From an uncultured Myxococcales bacterium (GTDB taxonomy: Bacteria; Desulfobacterota; Binatia; UBA1149; SPBQ01): a stretch of DNA of 64,000 bases. The position numbers and the translations under genes were made by a program. The DNA is taken from assembly GCA_964555245.1 (NCBI GenBank), contig CAZKRI010000051.1, forward strand, positions 57,755 to 121,754. The letters are read 5' to 3'. The notes under the pieces are model-generated. The model did no database searches and had not been told where the DNA came from. It saw only the letters and a list, made by a program, of their open reading frames with translations. The first letter of the stretch is position 1; each line of letters begins with the position of its first letter. Of the stretch, positions 9,607-19,686 are shown in pieces.

Positions 9607-10800
9607 GTGAGCGAACAAAGGCACGACTCGGCCGTGACAGGACTTGGTCTGTCTCTCGTATGGGGGGACTTGGCCTTCCGTCTTCAACGGCGGGTGGGGC
9701 TCATTCCCGAAGCAGGGCTCGGGCTGGTGCGCAGGGCGATCTTCTGGGCGCTGCTGGCGTGGCTGCCGATCGTGCTGAGCGCGTGGTACCTCGCGCAAAC
9801 GTCGGGGCCGCTCGCCGCCGAGCCCTTGCTCGCCCACTTCGGCATTCACGCGCGGTTTCTCCTCGCGGTACCGTTGTTGATCCTCGCCGAAGGGTCCGCA
9901 CATGAGTTGACCGTGCGACTCCTGCCGCACTTCGTCGATTCCGGCGTGATTCCCGCAGCCGAGATCCCGCGGTTCCGCGCCGCCTTGCAGGATGTCGTGA
10001 AGCTGCGCGACGCGACTCTGCCGTGGGTCACGATTCTCGGTCTGGTCTTCGCATTGAGCACGATTGCCGAAATCGTTCACCACTCTCACGAGGTCTCGTG
10101 GGCTGTCGCGGACGCTCCGACCGGAGGTCGTCTCGGATTCGGCGCGTGGTGGTTCCTCTATTTCGCGCGGCCCGTCTATCTCGCGCTATTGGCGGCGTGG
10201 GTCTGGCGCGTCGCGCTCGTCGGCTTGCTCTTCCGCCGCATCGCCAAGCTCGATCTGTCGATCGTCCCGACCCACCCCGACACGATGGGCGGGCTCGGAT
10301 TCCTCACGCGCGTGCCGACGATATTCGCGCCGGTGGTGCTGGCGGTTGGCATCGTGCTCGCGTCGCGGTGGGCGCACGAGATCCTCTATCACGGGGTCGA
10401 CGTGCAGTCGTTACGCCTCGAGATGGGCGCGTTCGTCGTGATCAGCGTGCTTTTGTTCTCGTCGCCGCTGTTTGCCTTCATGCCGCTCATGAAGCGCACC
10501 AAGCGTGAAGCGCTGCTCGACTACGGTGCGTTGGTCGGCCGTCATGGCCGACTGGTGCGCGATCGCTGGATCGCCGGCAAGCTGGTACCCGACGACGCGC
10601 TCTTGAGTGCACCCGAGCTCGGGCCCATTGCCGACACCGGCCCCATATACGACGCGGTTGCGGCGATGCGGACTTTGCCGGTCGGAAAGGCCGCCGTTGC
10701 ACCGCTGCTGTTGGCCGCGGCGGTGCCAATTGCCGCGGTGCTCGCGATCGAGATCCCGATCGCGAAGATTCTTTCCGCTCTGGTCAAAGCGATCATCTGA
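9607..10800 (+). CDS. Hypothetical multi-pass membrane protein
   Basis: GTG start after RBS; several hydrophobic segments; PTHPDTMGGLGFL motif. Confidence 0.8.
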   Translation: MSEQRHDSAVTGLGLSLVWGDLAFRLQRRVGLIPEAGLGLVRRAIFWALLAWLPIVLSAWYLAQTSGPLAAEPLLAHFGIHARFLLAVPLLILAEGSAHELTVRLLPHFVDSGVIPAAEIPRFRAALQDVVKLRDATLPWVTILGLVFALSTIAEIVHHSHEVSWAVADAPTGGRLGFGAWWFLYFARPVYLALLAAWVWRVALVGLLFRRIAKLDLSIVPTHPDTMGGLGFLTRVPTIFAPVVLAVGIVLASRWAHEILYHGVDVQSLRLEMGAFVVISVLLFSSPLFAFMPLMKRTKREALLDYGALVGRHGRLVRDRWIAGKLVPDDALLSAPELGPIADTGPIYDAVAAMRTLPVGKAAVAPLLLAAAVPIAAVLAIEIPIAKILSALVKAII

Positions 10801-10828
10801 ACGACTCGTCGGCGAAAGCTCGACAAAT

Positions 10829-11851
10829 CTACTCGTAGGAAACGCGCTCGGGCTCCAGTCGCTCGCGATAGCGAGTCGGCGAGCAGCCCGACCAGCGCGC
10901 GAACGCCTTCGAGAATGACGCAACCTCCGCGAATCCAACGCTCTGCGCGATCGTTTCGACCTTGAGGGCGCGATTCGCCAGGAGCGCTTGCGAGAGCTCT
11001 GAGCGCACCGCGTCGTGCAGAACCTTGAAGGTCGCGGATTCTTGCTCCAGCTGCCGCTGCAGCGTCCGTTCGCTCAGATGGAGCTGCTTCGCGACTGCGG
11101 ATCGGTTGGCCGGGACTCCTGCCACTATGAGCGTTCGGATCGCGTCGACGACTCGGTCCTTCACGCTTCTTGCCGTGATCTGGTCGAACAGCGACACGGT
11201 AAACTTCCGGATCTGCTCCGCGATTGCGGGATTGGCGGCAGCCGGAATGTCGTGGAGCGTCGAGTCGGGAAACCGCAGCATGTTGCGGCGGCCGCCGAAC
11301 CGCACCGGGCAACCGAATACGCGTGCGGTCTCGCCGGGCTCGCCCACTTCCGCATGCGCGAGGGTGATGCCGACCAATCGGAAGTCCGGAATCGCGCGGC
11401 GAAGGCTGCTCACATTGGCGCCGACGATGTAGTCGACGGCGTGGCGGCTCTGCTCGATCGTGGGGTCACCGGGGTCCATCATGAGGTCGACGATGCCATC
11501 GTGCGCGGCCATCTCCATTACCTGCGTGTCCAAAGGCACGCGCGCGAAGCGAGTGAACAGGCGCAAACCTTCACTGATGCGCGGGCTCGACAGCAGCAGA
11601 TAGAAGAGGGGGCCTCGGGTCTCGGCTCGCGCGCCGGCGTGCAAGCCGACCAAGGGATCGTTTAGGCGACGCCCGGCAAGCTCCAGCAGAGCAACGAGCT
11701 GGGACGACGGTACGCGAGCGATGGGGTCGTCAGTCGACGGGATCGTGAGCCCTGCCGTCGCCGCCAACGCGGCGGGGTCAGCGCCGAGCTTTCTCAGCGC
11801 TTCGAGCAGATCGGCGACCTGAATGCTCCCGACGGTAGAACCTCGCGACAC
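10829..11851 (-). CDS. AraC family transcriptional regulator (N-terminal ligand-binding domain + C-terminal HTH)
   Basis: VAKQLHLSERTLQRQL and VGFAEVASFSKAFARWSGCSPTRYR; GTG at 11851 follows GGAGG. Confidence 0.9.
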   Translation of the reverse strand: MSRGSTVGSIQVADLLEALRKLGADPAALAATAGLTIPSTDDPIARVPSSQLVALLELAGRRLNDPLVGLHAGARAETRGPLFYLLLSSPRISEGLRLFTRFARVPLDTQVMEMAAHDGIVDLMMDPGDPTIEQSRHAVDYIVGANVSSLRRAIPDFRLVGITLAHAEVGEPGETARVFGCPVRFGGRRNMLRFPDSTLHDIPAAANPAIAEQIRKFTVSLFDQITARSVKDRVVDAIRTLIVAGVPANRSAVAKQLHLSERTLQRQLEQESATFKVLHDAVRSELSQALLANRALKVETIAQSVGFAEVASFSKAFARWSGCSPTRYRERLEPERVSYE

Positions 11852-11865
11852 GTCCACCTCCGAAT

Positions 11866-11906
11866 TGGCCGCAGTAGACAACAGAATGGCTCGGTTGGCT
11901 AAGGCG
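11866..11906. promoter_or_regulatory. Putative AraC-family operator, copy 2
   Basis: 33/41 nt identical to 9477-9517; ATTGGC/AATGGC at 21-bp spacing; lies between araC and the first sulfatase. Confidence 0.6.
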
Positions 11907-12003
11907 TAACCTCTCGTTAGCGACTATAAGTAGGGAGTTTTACGGTCAATTGCCTTTTCCCGCCCTGAGTAGAGCGAGAGCAGAGGAGAGAAGGGTAGAG
12001 AGA

Positions 12004-13481
12004 ATGAAGCGCAGTTGTCTGTCGTTGGCCGTACTGATCGGCGTCGTCGCGATATGTCCGCGCGATGCCGTGGCACAATCGGCGAAGCCGAACGTCGTCT
12101 TCATCATGGCCGACGACCTCGGAAACGCGGACCTCGGCTATCGCGGCGGAGAAATCCAAACACCCTATATCGACAGGTTGGCCAAGGAAGGCGTACGCCT
12201 AGAGTCCTTCTACGGGGAGCCCGTCTGCACTCCCTCACGGGCCGCGCTCATGACCGGGCGCTACCCGATGCGGTACGGACTGCAGACGCTCGTCATCTTT
12301 CCCAGCCACACCTACGGCCTGCCGACGGACGAGCGCACCCTCCCTCAAGCGCTGAAAGACGTCGGGTATGAAACCGCGATCGTCGGCAAGTGGCACCTCG
12401 GCCACGCCGACACGAAGTATTGGCCACAGAATCGTGGGTTCGACTACTTCTATGGAAACGTCGTCGGCGAGGTGGACTACTTCACGCGTGAGCGGGGCGG
12501 GATCATCGACTGGCAGCGCAACGGAACGTTCCTGAAGGAGAAGGGGTACTACACTCAGCTGATCGGCGACGATGCGGTCCGTCTCATCAGCGAGCACGAC
12601 ACGTCCAAACCGTTGTTTCTCTACTTCGCGTCGCTCGCGCCTCACGCACCTTACGAGGCGCCGCCGGAGTATGTCGCCCGCTACGCGGGCATCGCGGGCG
12701 AGAAGCGGCGTACGTACGCCGCGATGATCACCGTGCTGGACGATCAGGTCGGTCGCATCGTCGCCGCGCTGGAACGGAAAGGCATGCCAACACGCTGATC
12801 ATTTTCGCCAGCGACAATGGTGGTGCCACCAGCGCGCTGTTCGCGACCGGTGCGCGCTCCGAAGAGGAACGGGCGGAGAGCGGCGGTGTTGCGCTCGGCG
12901 CGAAGCCGCCGGCATCCAACGGCAATCTGCGCGGAGGCAAGGGCACGCTCCACGAAGGGGGCGTACGGGTGCCGACGTTTTTCAACTGGCCGGCGAAGCT
13001 GAAGCCGCGGGTCGTGGACGAACCGTTGCACATGGTCGACGTCATGCCGACCTTGCTGGCGTTGGCCGGCGGCAAGGGCAGCGCAGACCACCCCTTCGAC
13101 GGGAAGAACATCTGGCCGACCGTGGCGGAGGGACACGATTCCCCGCACGAGGACATCCTCATCAACGTCGAAGCCATTCGCGGTGCAGTCCGCAAAGGAA
13201 AATGGAAGCTCGTCGTGTGGGCGACGCTGCCAGGCAAGACCGAGCTGTTCGATCTGTCGGCGGATCCCGGCGAGCAGAACGACCTGGCGGAGCGCCGTCC
13301 CGACGTCGTCCGCGATCTCGCAGCTCGGCTCACGGCCTACGCGAAACAGCAGAAGCCGAGCCAATGGATCAAGGCACAGCCGGCTTACCTGGGCGCACAG
13401 GGCAAGACCGTCCTGGATCCGGACTTCGACGTGGACGACGGCGGTCTGCCGCACGAGAAGCCGGCACTACCGAAGCACTGA
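12004..13481 (+). pseudogene. Arylsulfatase (arylsulfatase B-like), frameshifted at ~12787
   Basis: Signal peptide, DDLG, CTPSR and GKWHLG motifs; NTLIIFASDNGG continues in another frame into ORF 12969-13481. Confidence 0.85.
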
Positions 13482-13503
13482 GCAGGACGGAGAGAATCAG
13501 ACC

Positions 13504-15036
13504 ATGAAACGAATCGTCGGACTCGTCGCCGTCCTACTCTGCACGCTCGCGGTCAGCACCGCGCATGCCACGGGCGAGAAGCCCAACATCTTCGTCATCA
13601 TGGGTGACGACATCGGGATGTGGAATCTCAGCACGTACCACCAAGGCATGATGGGTTACAGTACGCCGAACATCGACCGCTTGGCCGCCGAAGGCGGTAA
13701 GTTCATGACCTACTACGCGCAGCAGAGCTGCACGGCGGGTCGATCGGCGTTCATCACCGGGCAGCTGCCGTTTCGAACCGGCCTCAGTAAGGTCGGACTG
13801 CCGGGCGCCGATCTCGGACTACGCAAGGAGGATCCGACCCTCGCCGAGCTGCTGAAGCCGATGGGCTACATGACCGGTCAGTTCGGCAAGAACCACCTCG
13901 GCGACAGAGATGAGTTTCTGCCGACCAATCACGGCTTCGACGAGTTCTTTGGCAACCTCTATCACCTCAACGCGGAGGAAGAGCCCGAAAACCCCGACTA
14001 TCCGCCAGCTCCCGAGTTCAAGAAGAAGTTCGGCCCGCGCGGCGTCCTGCGAGCGACGGCGGGCGGAAAGATCGAGGATACGGGGCCGCTGACGATCGAA
14101 CGGATGAAGACGATCGACGAAGAAGTCCTCGCCGCGGCGACCGATTTTCTCGCCGGCGCGCAGAAGACCGACAAACCGTTCTTCCTGTGGTTTAACACCA
14201 CCCGCATGCACAACTTTACCCACGTGAAGGACGAGAACCTGGGTAAGACCGGCCTCGGCTTCTATGCAGACGGAATGGTCGAGCACGACGCGCTGGTCGG
14301 CAAGCTGCTCGACGCCGTCGACGAGATGGGTCTGGCCGAGAACACCATCGTCCTCTACCTCACGGACAACGGCCCCATGGTGTGCCTGTTCCCGGACTCC
14401 GGCACCACGCCGTTTCGGGGCGAGAAGAACACCAATTGGGACGGTGGCTGGCGCGTGCCCGCCCTGATCCGTTGGCCGGGAGTGGTGAAGCCGGGCACCG
14501 TGTTCACCGACACCTTCGCGGGAGAAGACTGGTTGCCTACGTTGCTCGCGGCGGCGGGCGAGCCGGACATCACGTCGAAGCTTCTCAAGGGTCACAAAGC
14601 CGGCAACACGACCTACAAGGTTCATCTCGACGGTTACGATCAGAGCCAGTACTTGGCCGGAAAGGGCCCAGGAAAGCGCAAGGAGTTCTTCTACTTCAGC
14701 GACGACGGCGACTTGCTCGCCGTTCGCTACGATCACGTCAAGGTTCACTTCGCGATCCAGGAGTCGAAGGGAATCGACGTGTGGCGTCGCCCGTTTACCA
14801 CGCTGCGCGCGCCGATCTTCTTCGATCTAGCGGTCGATCCGTTCGAGCGCGGGGACGAGGGCATGAATTACGATGAGTGGTGGTACCGCCGCGCATTCAT
14901 CGCCGTGCCGATGCAGCAGATCGTCGGCCAGACGCTGGCGTCTTTCAAGGAATTTCCGCCACGACAGAGGCCGGCGAGCTTCACGATCGACCAGGCGATG
15001 GAGCAGTTGATGCGCGCGAGCGGGGGCGGGAAATGA
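13504..15036 (+). CDS. Arylsulfatase
   Basis: Signal peptide, GDDIG, SCTAGRS (C-x-A-x-R), GKNHLG and TDNG motifs. Confidence 0.92.
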   Translation: MKRIVGLVAVLLCTLAVSTAHATGEKPNIFVIMGDDIGMWNLSTYHQGMMGYSTPNIDRLAAEGGKFMTYYAQQSCTAGRSAFITGQLPFRTGLSKVGLPGADLGLRKEDPTLAELLKPMGYMTGQFGKNHLGDRDEFLPTNHGFDEFFGNLYHLNAEEEPENPDYPPAPEFKKKFGPRGVLRATAGGKIEDTGPLTIERMKTIDEEVLAAATDFLAGAQKTDKPFFLWFNTTRMHNFTHVKDENLGKTGLGFYADGMVEHDALVGKLLDAVDEMGLAENTIVLYLTDNGPMVCLFPDSGTTPFRGEKNTNWDGGWRVPALIRWPGVVKPGTVFTDTFAGEDWLPTLLAAAGEPDITSKLLKGHKAGNTTYKVHLDGYDQSQYLAGKGPGKRKEFFYFSDDGDLLAVRYDHVKVHFAIQESKGIDVWRRPFTTLRAPIFFDLAVDPFERGDEGMNYDEWWYRRAFIAVPMQQIVGQTLASFKEFPPRQRPASFTIDQAMEQLMRASGGGK

Positions 15037-15077
15037 GGATTGCAATGACTCGCGCGGCCCCTAAAGGAGGACCTGTC

Positions 15078-15362
15078 ATGAAGAAGATCGTAGGGATGAT
15101 GGTGACGCTTGCGGTGGCGATGTACGCGCAACTAGCGCTGGCTGGCCCGCTCGACCCGGATTGCACCGCCGAGAAGGCGGCTAAAGGTGCGGCCGCCAAG
15201 GCCACCGTGGGCGTGGGCGGCCGCTGCTCGCCCGCCGAGGCCGCCAAGGACTCGGCGAAACGCGCCGCCGGCGTCGAGGACAAAGGACCGATCGAGAAGC
15301 GACGCGACGACAACAAGCTCGGAGAGGTTGTCAAGGACGCGGTAGAGCAAGGCGCGCCTTGA
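15078..15362 (+). CDS. Small secreted Ala/Lys-rich protein with 2 Cys
   Basis: Strong RBS AAAGGAGG; signal peptide ending ALA; stop overlaps the next start. Confidence 0.75.
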   Translation: MKKIVGMMVTLAVAMYAQLALAGPLDPDCTAEKAAKGAAAKATVGVGGRCSPAEAAKDSAKRAAGVEDKGPIEKRRDDNKLGEVVKDAVEQGAP

Positions 15363-17749
15363 CGCTCGAGCACCACCAGACGTATACAGCTGCGCGTCTC
15401 TTCACCGCTGCCCTGTGCGGGCTGTTGAGTCAGCCTATTTCTGTTTCTGCCGGTGCATCGCCTGACGACGGCTCGGTACTTCCGTTTCCACCGACTCCTT
15501 CGGCCAGCGTAGCCGCGCCGAGGCTGCAGGATTCCAAGCAACAGCGGCGGGTAGAGAAGAGCCGCCTGGCGAAGGATGCCCCCAACATTCTCATCATCTT
15601 ACTCGACGATGTTGGCTTCGGTCTGCCCGACACTTACGGCGGGCCGATTCATACGCCGACGCTGACGCGCATCGCGAATCAGGGCATCAGCTACAACGCA
15701 TTCCACACCACTGCGATCTGCTCGCCGACACGTGCAGCGCTGCTGACCGGCCGCAATCATCAGCGCGTCGGCTCCGGCACGATCGCCGAGCGCGCGGTCG
15801 ATTGGGACGGCTACTCCGGTGTGATCCCGAGGACTTCTGCGACCCTTGCGAAGGTTCTCGGCGCCTACGGCTACAAGACGTCGGCCTTCGGCAAGTGGCA
15901 CAACACCCCCGCGACCGAAACCACGGCGATGGGACCGTTCACCCTTTGGCCGACCGGCGAGGGCATCGGCTTCGACTATTTCTACGGCTTTCTCGCCGGC
16001 GAGACCTCGCAGTGGGAGCCGCGACTGGTCGAGAACTTCAACCCGATCGAGCCGCCGCCCGACGAGAAATACCACTTGAGCGAAGACATGGCGGAGAAGG
16101 CGATCACGTGGATGCGCAAGCACCGCGCGTTCTCGCCCGACGAGCCGTTTTTCATGTACTGGGCCCCCGGCGCTGCGCACGGGCCGCACCACGTCTTCAA
16201 GGATTGGGCCGACAAGTACGAGGGCAAGTTCGACGGTGGCTGGGATGCCCTGCGCGAGCGCACCTTCGAGCGCCAGAAAGAGCTCGGTTGGATCCCCGCG
16301 GACGCCGAGCTCACGCCGCGAGCCGAGAACATGGCCGGGTGGGACAGCATCCCCGAGCCGGAGCGGCCGTTCCAGCTACGATTGATGGAAGTGTTCGCCG
16401 GCTTCGTCGAGCACGTCGACACCCAGGCCGGCAAGGTGATCGACGAGCTGGACCGCCTCGGCATCCGCGACAACACGATCGTGATCTACGTCTTCGGGGA
16501 CAACGGCTCGAGCGCGGAGGGCCAGAACGGCAGCATCAGCGAGTTGTTGGCCCAGAACCAGATCCCCACCACAATCCAGCAGCAGCTCGACGCGCTAAAA
16601 AAGATCGGCGGCTTGAACGCGCTTGGTGGTCCGAAGGTGGACAACATGTATCACGCCGGCTGGGCGTGGGCGGGCAGCACGCCGTTCCATCACACCAAGC
16701 TCGTCGCCTCGCACTTCGGCGGAACGCGGAACCCTTTGGCGATCTCGTGGCCCGCGCGCATCAAACCCGACATGACGCCGCGGCCGCAGTTTCACCACGT
16801 CAACGACATCGTGCCGACGCTCTACGAGATCCTCGGCATCGAGCCGCCGAAGCTGGTCGACGGGTTCGAGCAGGACCCGATCGACGGCACGAGCATGGCC
16901 TACACCTTTGCCGACGCCGCAGCGCCCGCGCGCAAGCGCACGCAGTACTTCGACAACAACGGCAGCCGCGGCATCTATCACGACGGCTGGTATGCCTGCA
17001 CCTTCGGGCCGCTGACGCCGTGGCTGACCGTGAGCCCGGGACTGAGTACGTGGGATTCAGACAGGGATGTCTGGGAGCTCTACGACCTCAGCACCGACTT
17101 TTCGCAGGCCGAGAACCTCGCAGCGAAGGAGCCCAAGCGGGTCGAAGACCTGAAGTCGCTGTTCCTCAAAGAAGCGAAGGCGAACAAGGTCTTCCCGATC
17201 GGCGCTGGCATTTGGCTGCGCATTCACCCGGAGGATCGCGTCAAGACGCCCTACACGAGCTGGCAGTTCGACGCGACGACGACCCGCATGCCCGAATTCG
17301 CGGCACCGGGCCTCGGTCGCGAGAGCAACCGCGTCACCGTCGATGTCGAGCTCGACAAGAATGCGTCCGGCGTTCTCTATGCGCTGGGCGGCGCCTCCGG
17401 AGGCCTAACGCTCTATCTGGACAAGGGCCGGCTCGTCTACGAGTACAACATGATGATCATCGAGCGCTACACCGCGCGTTCGAAAGAGAAGCTCGTGGCG
17501 GGCAAGCACCGGATCGAAGTGGACACGACGATCGCAAAGCCCGGCGCGCCGGCAGAGGTGGTGCTCACGGTCGACGGTGAAGCGGTCGCCCGCACGACGG
17601 TCAAGCGCACCGTGCCCGCCGCATTCACCGCCAGCGAAACGTTCGACGTCGGCGTCGATCTTGGCTCGCCGGTGTCGCTCGCCTATCTTGACAAGAGGCC
17701 GTTCCGCCTCGACGGGAACATCGACGTCGTGCGCGTCGAGTTGAGGTGA
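15359..17749 (+). CDS. Arylsulfatase (long AtsA-like, with C-terminal beta-domain)
   Basis: LDDVGFG, CSPTR, GKWHN and GDNG motifs; 796 aa. Confidence 0.92.
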   Translation: MTLEHHQTYTAARLFTAALCGLLSQPISVSAGASPDDGSVLPFPPTPSASVAAPRLQDSKQQRRVEKSRLAKDAPNILIILLDDVGFGLPDTYGGPIHTPTLTRIANQGISYNAFHTTAICSPTRAALLTGRNHQRVGSGTIAERAVDWDGYSGVIPRTSATLAKVLGAYGYKTSAFGKWHNTPATETTAMGPFTLWPTGEGIGFDYFYGFLAGETSQWEPRLVENFNPIEPPPDEKYHLSEDMAEKAITWMRKHRAFSPDEPFFMYWAPGAAHGPHHVFKDWADKYEGKFDGGWDALRERTFERQKELGWIPADAELTPRAENMAGWDSIPEPERPFQLRLMEVFAGFVEHVDTQAGKVIDELDRLGIRDNTIVIYVFGDNGSSAEGQNGSISELLAQNQIPTTIQQQLDALKKIGGLNALGGPKVDNMYHAGWAWAGSTPFHHTKLVASHFGGTRNPLAISWPARIKPDMTPRPQFHHVNDIVPTLYEILGIEPPKLVDGFEQDPIDGTSMAYTFADAAAPARKRTQYFDNNGSRGIYHDGWYACTFGPLTPWLTVSPGLSTWDSDRDVWELYDLSTDFSQAENLAAKEPKRVEDLKSLFLKEAKANKVFPIGAGIWLRIHPEDRVKTPYTSWQFDATTTRMPEFAAPGLGRESNRVTVDVELDKNASGVLYALGGASGGLTLYLDKGRLVYEYNMMIIERYTARSKEKLVAGKHRIEVDTTIAKPGAPAEVVLTVDGEAVARTTVKRTVPAAFTASETFDVGVDLGSPVSLAYLDKRPFRLDGNIDVVRVELR

Positions 17750-17805
17750 ACGGGCGGATGGAAAGTTCCAACTAACTCGGACGTCGTCGAGAGGAGGGAA
17801 TCAAT

Positions 17806-18501
17806 ATGCCGTTGGGAAATCGTTTGGCTGCATAGTTCATCGGGACTTTTTGGCTTGTGCTCGGAGGATGCGGCAGCGCCGTGCTGGCCGCTGCGTTCCC
17901 CGATGTTGGAATCGGGCTGCTCGGAGTGTCATTCGCGTTCGGCCTCACCGTGCTGACCATGGCGTATGCCATCGGCCACGTCTCCGGATGCCATCTCAAC
18001 CCCGCCGTGTCCGTCGGCCTCGTCGTCGGTGGCCGGTTCAAAGGCTCGGAGTTGATTCCGTACGTGGTCGCGCAAGTGCTCGGCGCCATCGTCGCTGCCG
18101 GGGTTCTCTACTTGATCGCGAGCGGGAAGGCGGGCTTCGATCTGTCCGGCGGGCTCGCATCGAACGGCTTTGCGGAACACTCGCCGGGCGGCTACTCGCT
18201 CGTTTCGGGCTTCGTCACCGAGGTCACGATGACGTTCATGTTCTTGATGATCATTCTCGGCGCGACCGACTCGCGAGCGCCGGCCGGTTTCGCACCGATC
18301 GCGATCGGGCTCGGCCTCACGCTCATCCACTTGATCAGCATTCCCGTGACCAATACGTCGGTGAATCCCGCGCGCAGCACGGGTCCAGCCGTGTTCGTCG
18401 GCGGCTGGGCGCTCGCACAGCTCTGGATGTTCTGGGTGGCTCCGATCGTCGGTGCTGCGCTGGCCGGCGTCGCCTACCGCAGCGTCGCTGAGAAACGCTG
18501 A
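17806..18501 (+). pseudogene. aqpZ: Aquaporin Z with in-frame TAG at codon 10
   Basis: [34 protein letters not shown] and VNPARS; 231 codons; TAG at 17833-17835 where Glu is expected. Confidence 0.88.
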
Positions 18502-18720
18502 GCTACGAGCCTCGGCCGCAGGCCGGCGCGTGCCGCTTCGAGGTACGCGCGTACCTGCGCCTCCGGATCGGCGGACCGCTCGAACCGCTGCGACCGGAAC
18601 GTTTTCATCACCGACGTGGACGCCGGCCGCACCCGCGGCGAGCGCGATGTCGGCCCGATCGTGGCGTCGTCGTAGCGCTCGGTTGCGACCCCTGGCCCGA
18701 CAGCGCACACTCGGCGCGAG

Positions 18721-19617
18721 ATGCCGGCGGCGGCACAAGATCCGCGGCGGGTTGCTTGGCTGGACTGGCGGGGTCCGGGCGATCCGCCCTGGACCGATCG
18801 TGAGCTCGTTCTTCCGCGGCGTGGTCAGACATCGATCCGTGACGTTCCAGGGCCCCCAGGCGCACCCGTGCTGATTCTGCTCCACGGGCTCGCGGCAACC
18901 GGGCGACTGAACTGGTACACCTCGCTGCCGGCGCTGTCGGAACGCTTCCGGGTCGTCGTGGTCGACCATCGCGGTCATGGGCGTGGCATTCGCACGCAGC
19001 ATTTCCGTCTGGCCGATTGCGCCGACGACATCATCGCCGTCGCCGACGCGCTCGGCATCGATTCCCTGGTAGCCGTGGGCTACTCGATGGGCGGCCCGAT
19101 CGCGAAGCTCTGCTGGAGCCGACATCCTGACCGGGTGCGGGGCCTGGTGCTGTGCGCGACGGCCAACCGCTTCGTGCGACCGCAGGCTCGCGGCGTGGTC
19201 AGCGCCGTGTTTCCCGGCGTGGTCGTCACTGCGCGACTGATGCCCGGTTTCTTCCGAGACCGGATCATCGACGGGATGACCCGGGGCATCCGTGACCGTG
19301 AACGACGCGAGCGCGCCCGCCAGGAGATGGCCGGCACCGACCCGGCAACGGTCATGCAAGCGACACGAGCCCTAATTCGCTTCTCATCCCACGACTGGGC
19401 TTCCAACATCAACGTACCGACGGCCGTCGTGGTCACCGCCCGAGATCAACTCGTCTCTCCGCGACGCCAGTATCGGCTCGCTGCCTCGATACCGGGCGCC
19501 AAGGTCTTCGAGGTCGAGGGTGATCACCTTGCCTGCGTGCGCGCCGCCCATCGTTTCGTACCGGCGCTGGTCGAGGCCTGTGAATACGTCGACAGGGAAG
19601 CGGCGGCACACGGTTGA
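18721..19617 (+). CDS. Alpha/beta hydrolase
   Basis: LLHGL, DHRGHG, GYSMG nucleophile elbow, C-terminal GDH. Confidence 0.88.
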   Translation: MPAAAQDPRRVAWLDWRGPGDPPWTDRELVLPRRGQTSIRDVPGPPGAPVLILLHGLAATGRLNWYTSLPALSERFRVVVVDHRGHGRGIRTQHFRLADCADDIIAVADALGIDSLVAVGYSMGGPIAKLCWSRHPDRVRGLVLCATANRFVRPQARGVVSAVFPGVVVTARLMPGFFRDRIIDGMTRGIRDRERRERARQEMAGTDPATVMQATRALIRFSSHDWASNINVPTAVVVTARDQLVSPRRQYRLAASIPGAKVFEVEGDHLACVRAAHRFVPALVEACEYVDREAAAHG

Positions 19618-19686
19618 GGAGCCGCCTTGGATTCGTTCCTCGACTCAAAGCGCGCCAGTTGCGATCGCTCGGGCCCGCTTTCTCGA

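Noticed and set aside
17929-19359. Long antisense ORFs (e.g. 17929-19359, 15802-17580, 61167-62096, 62583-63938)
   Set aside because: Shadow frames of real genes in high-GC DNA, with no motifs
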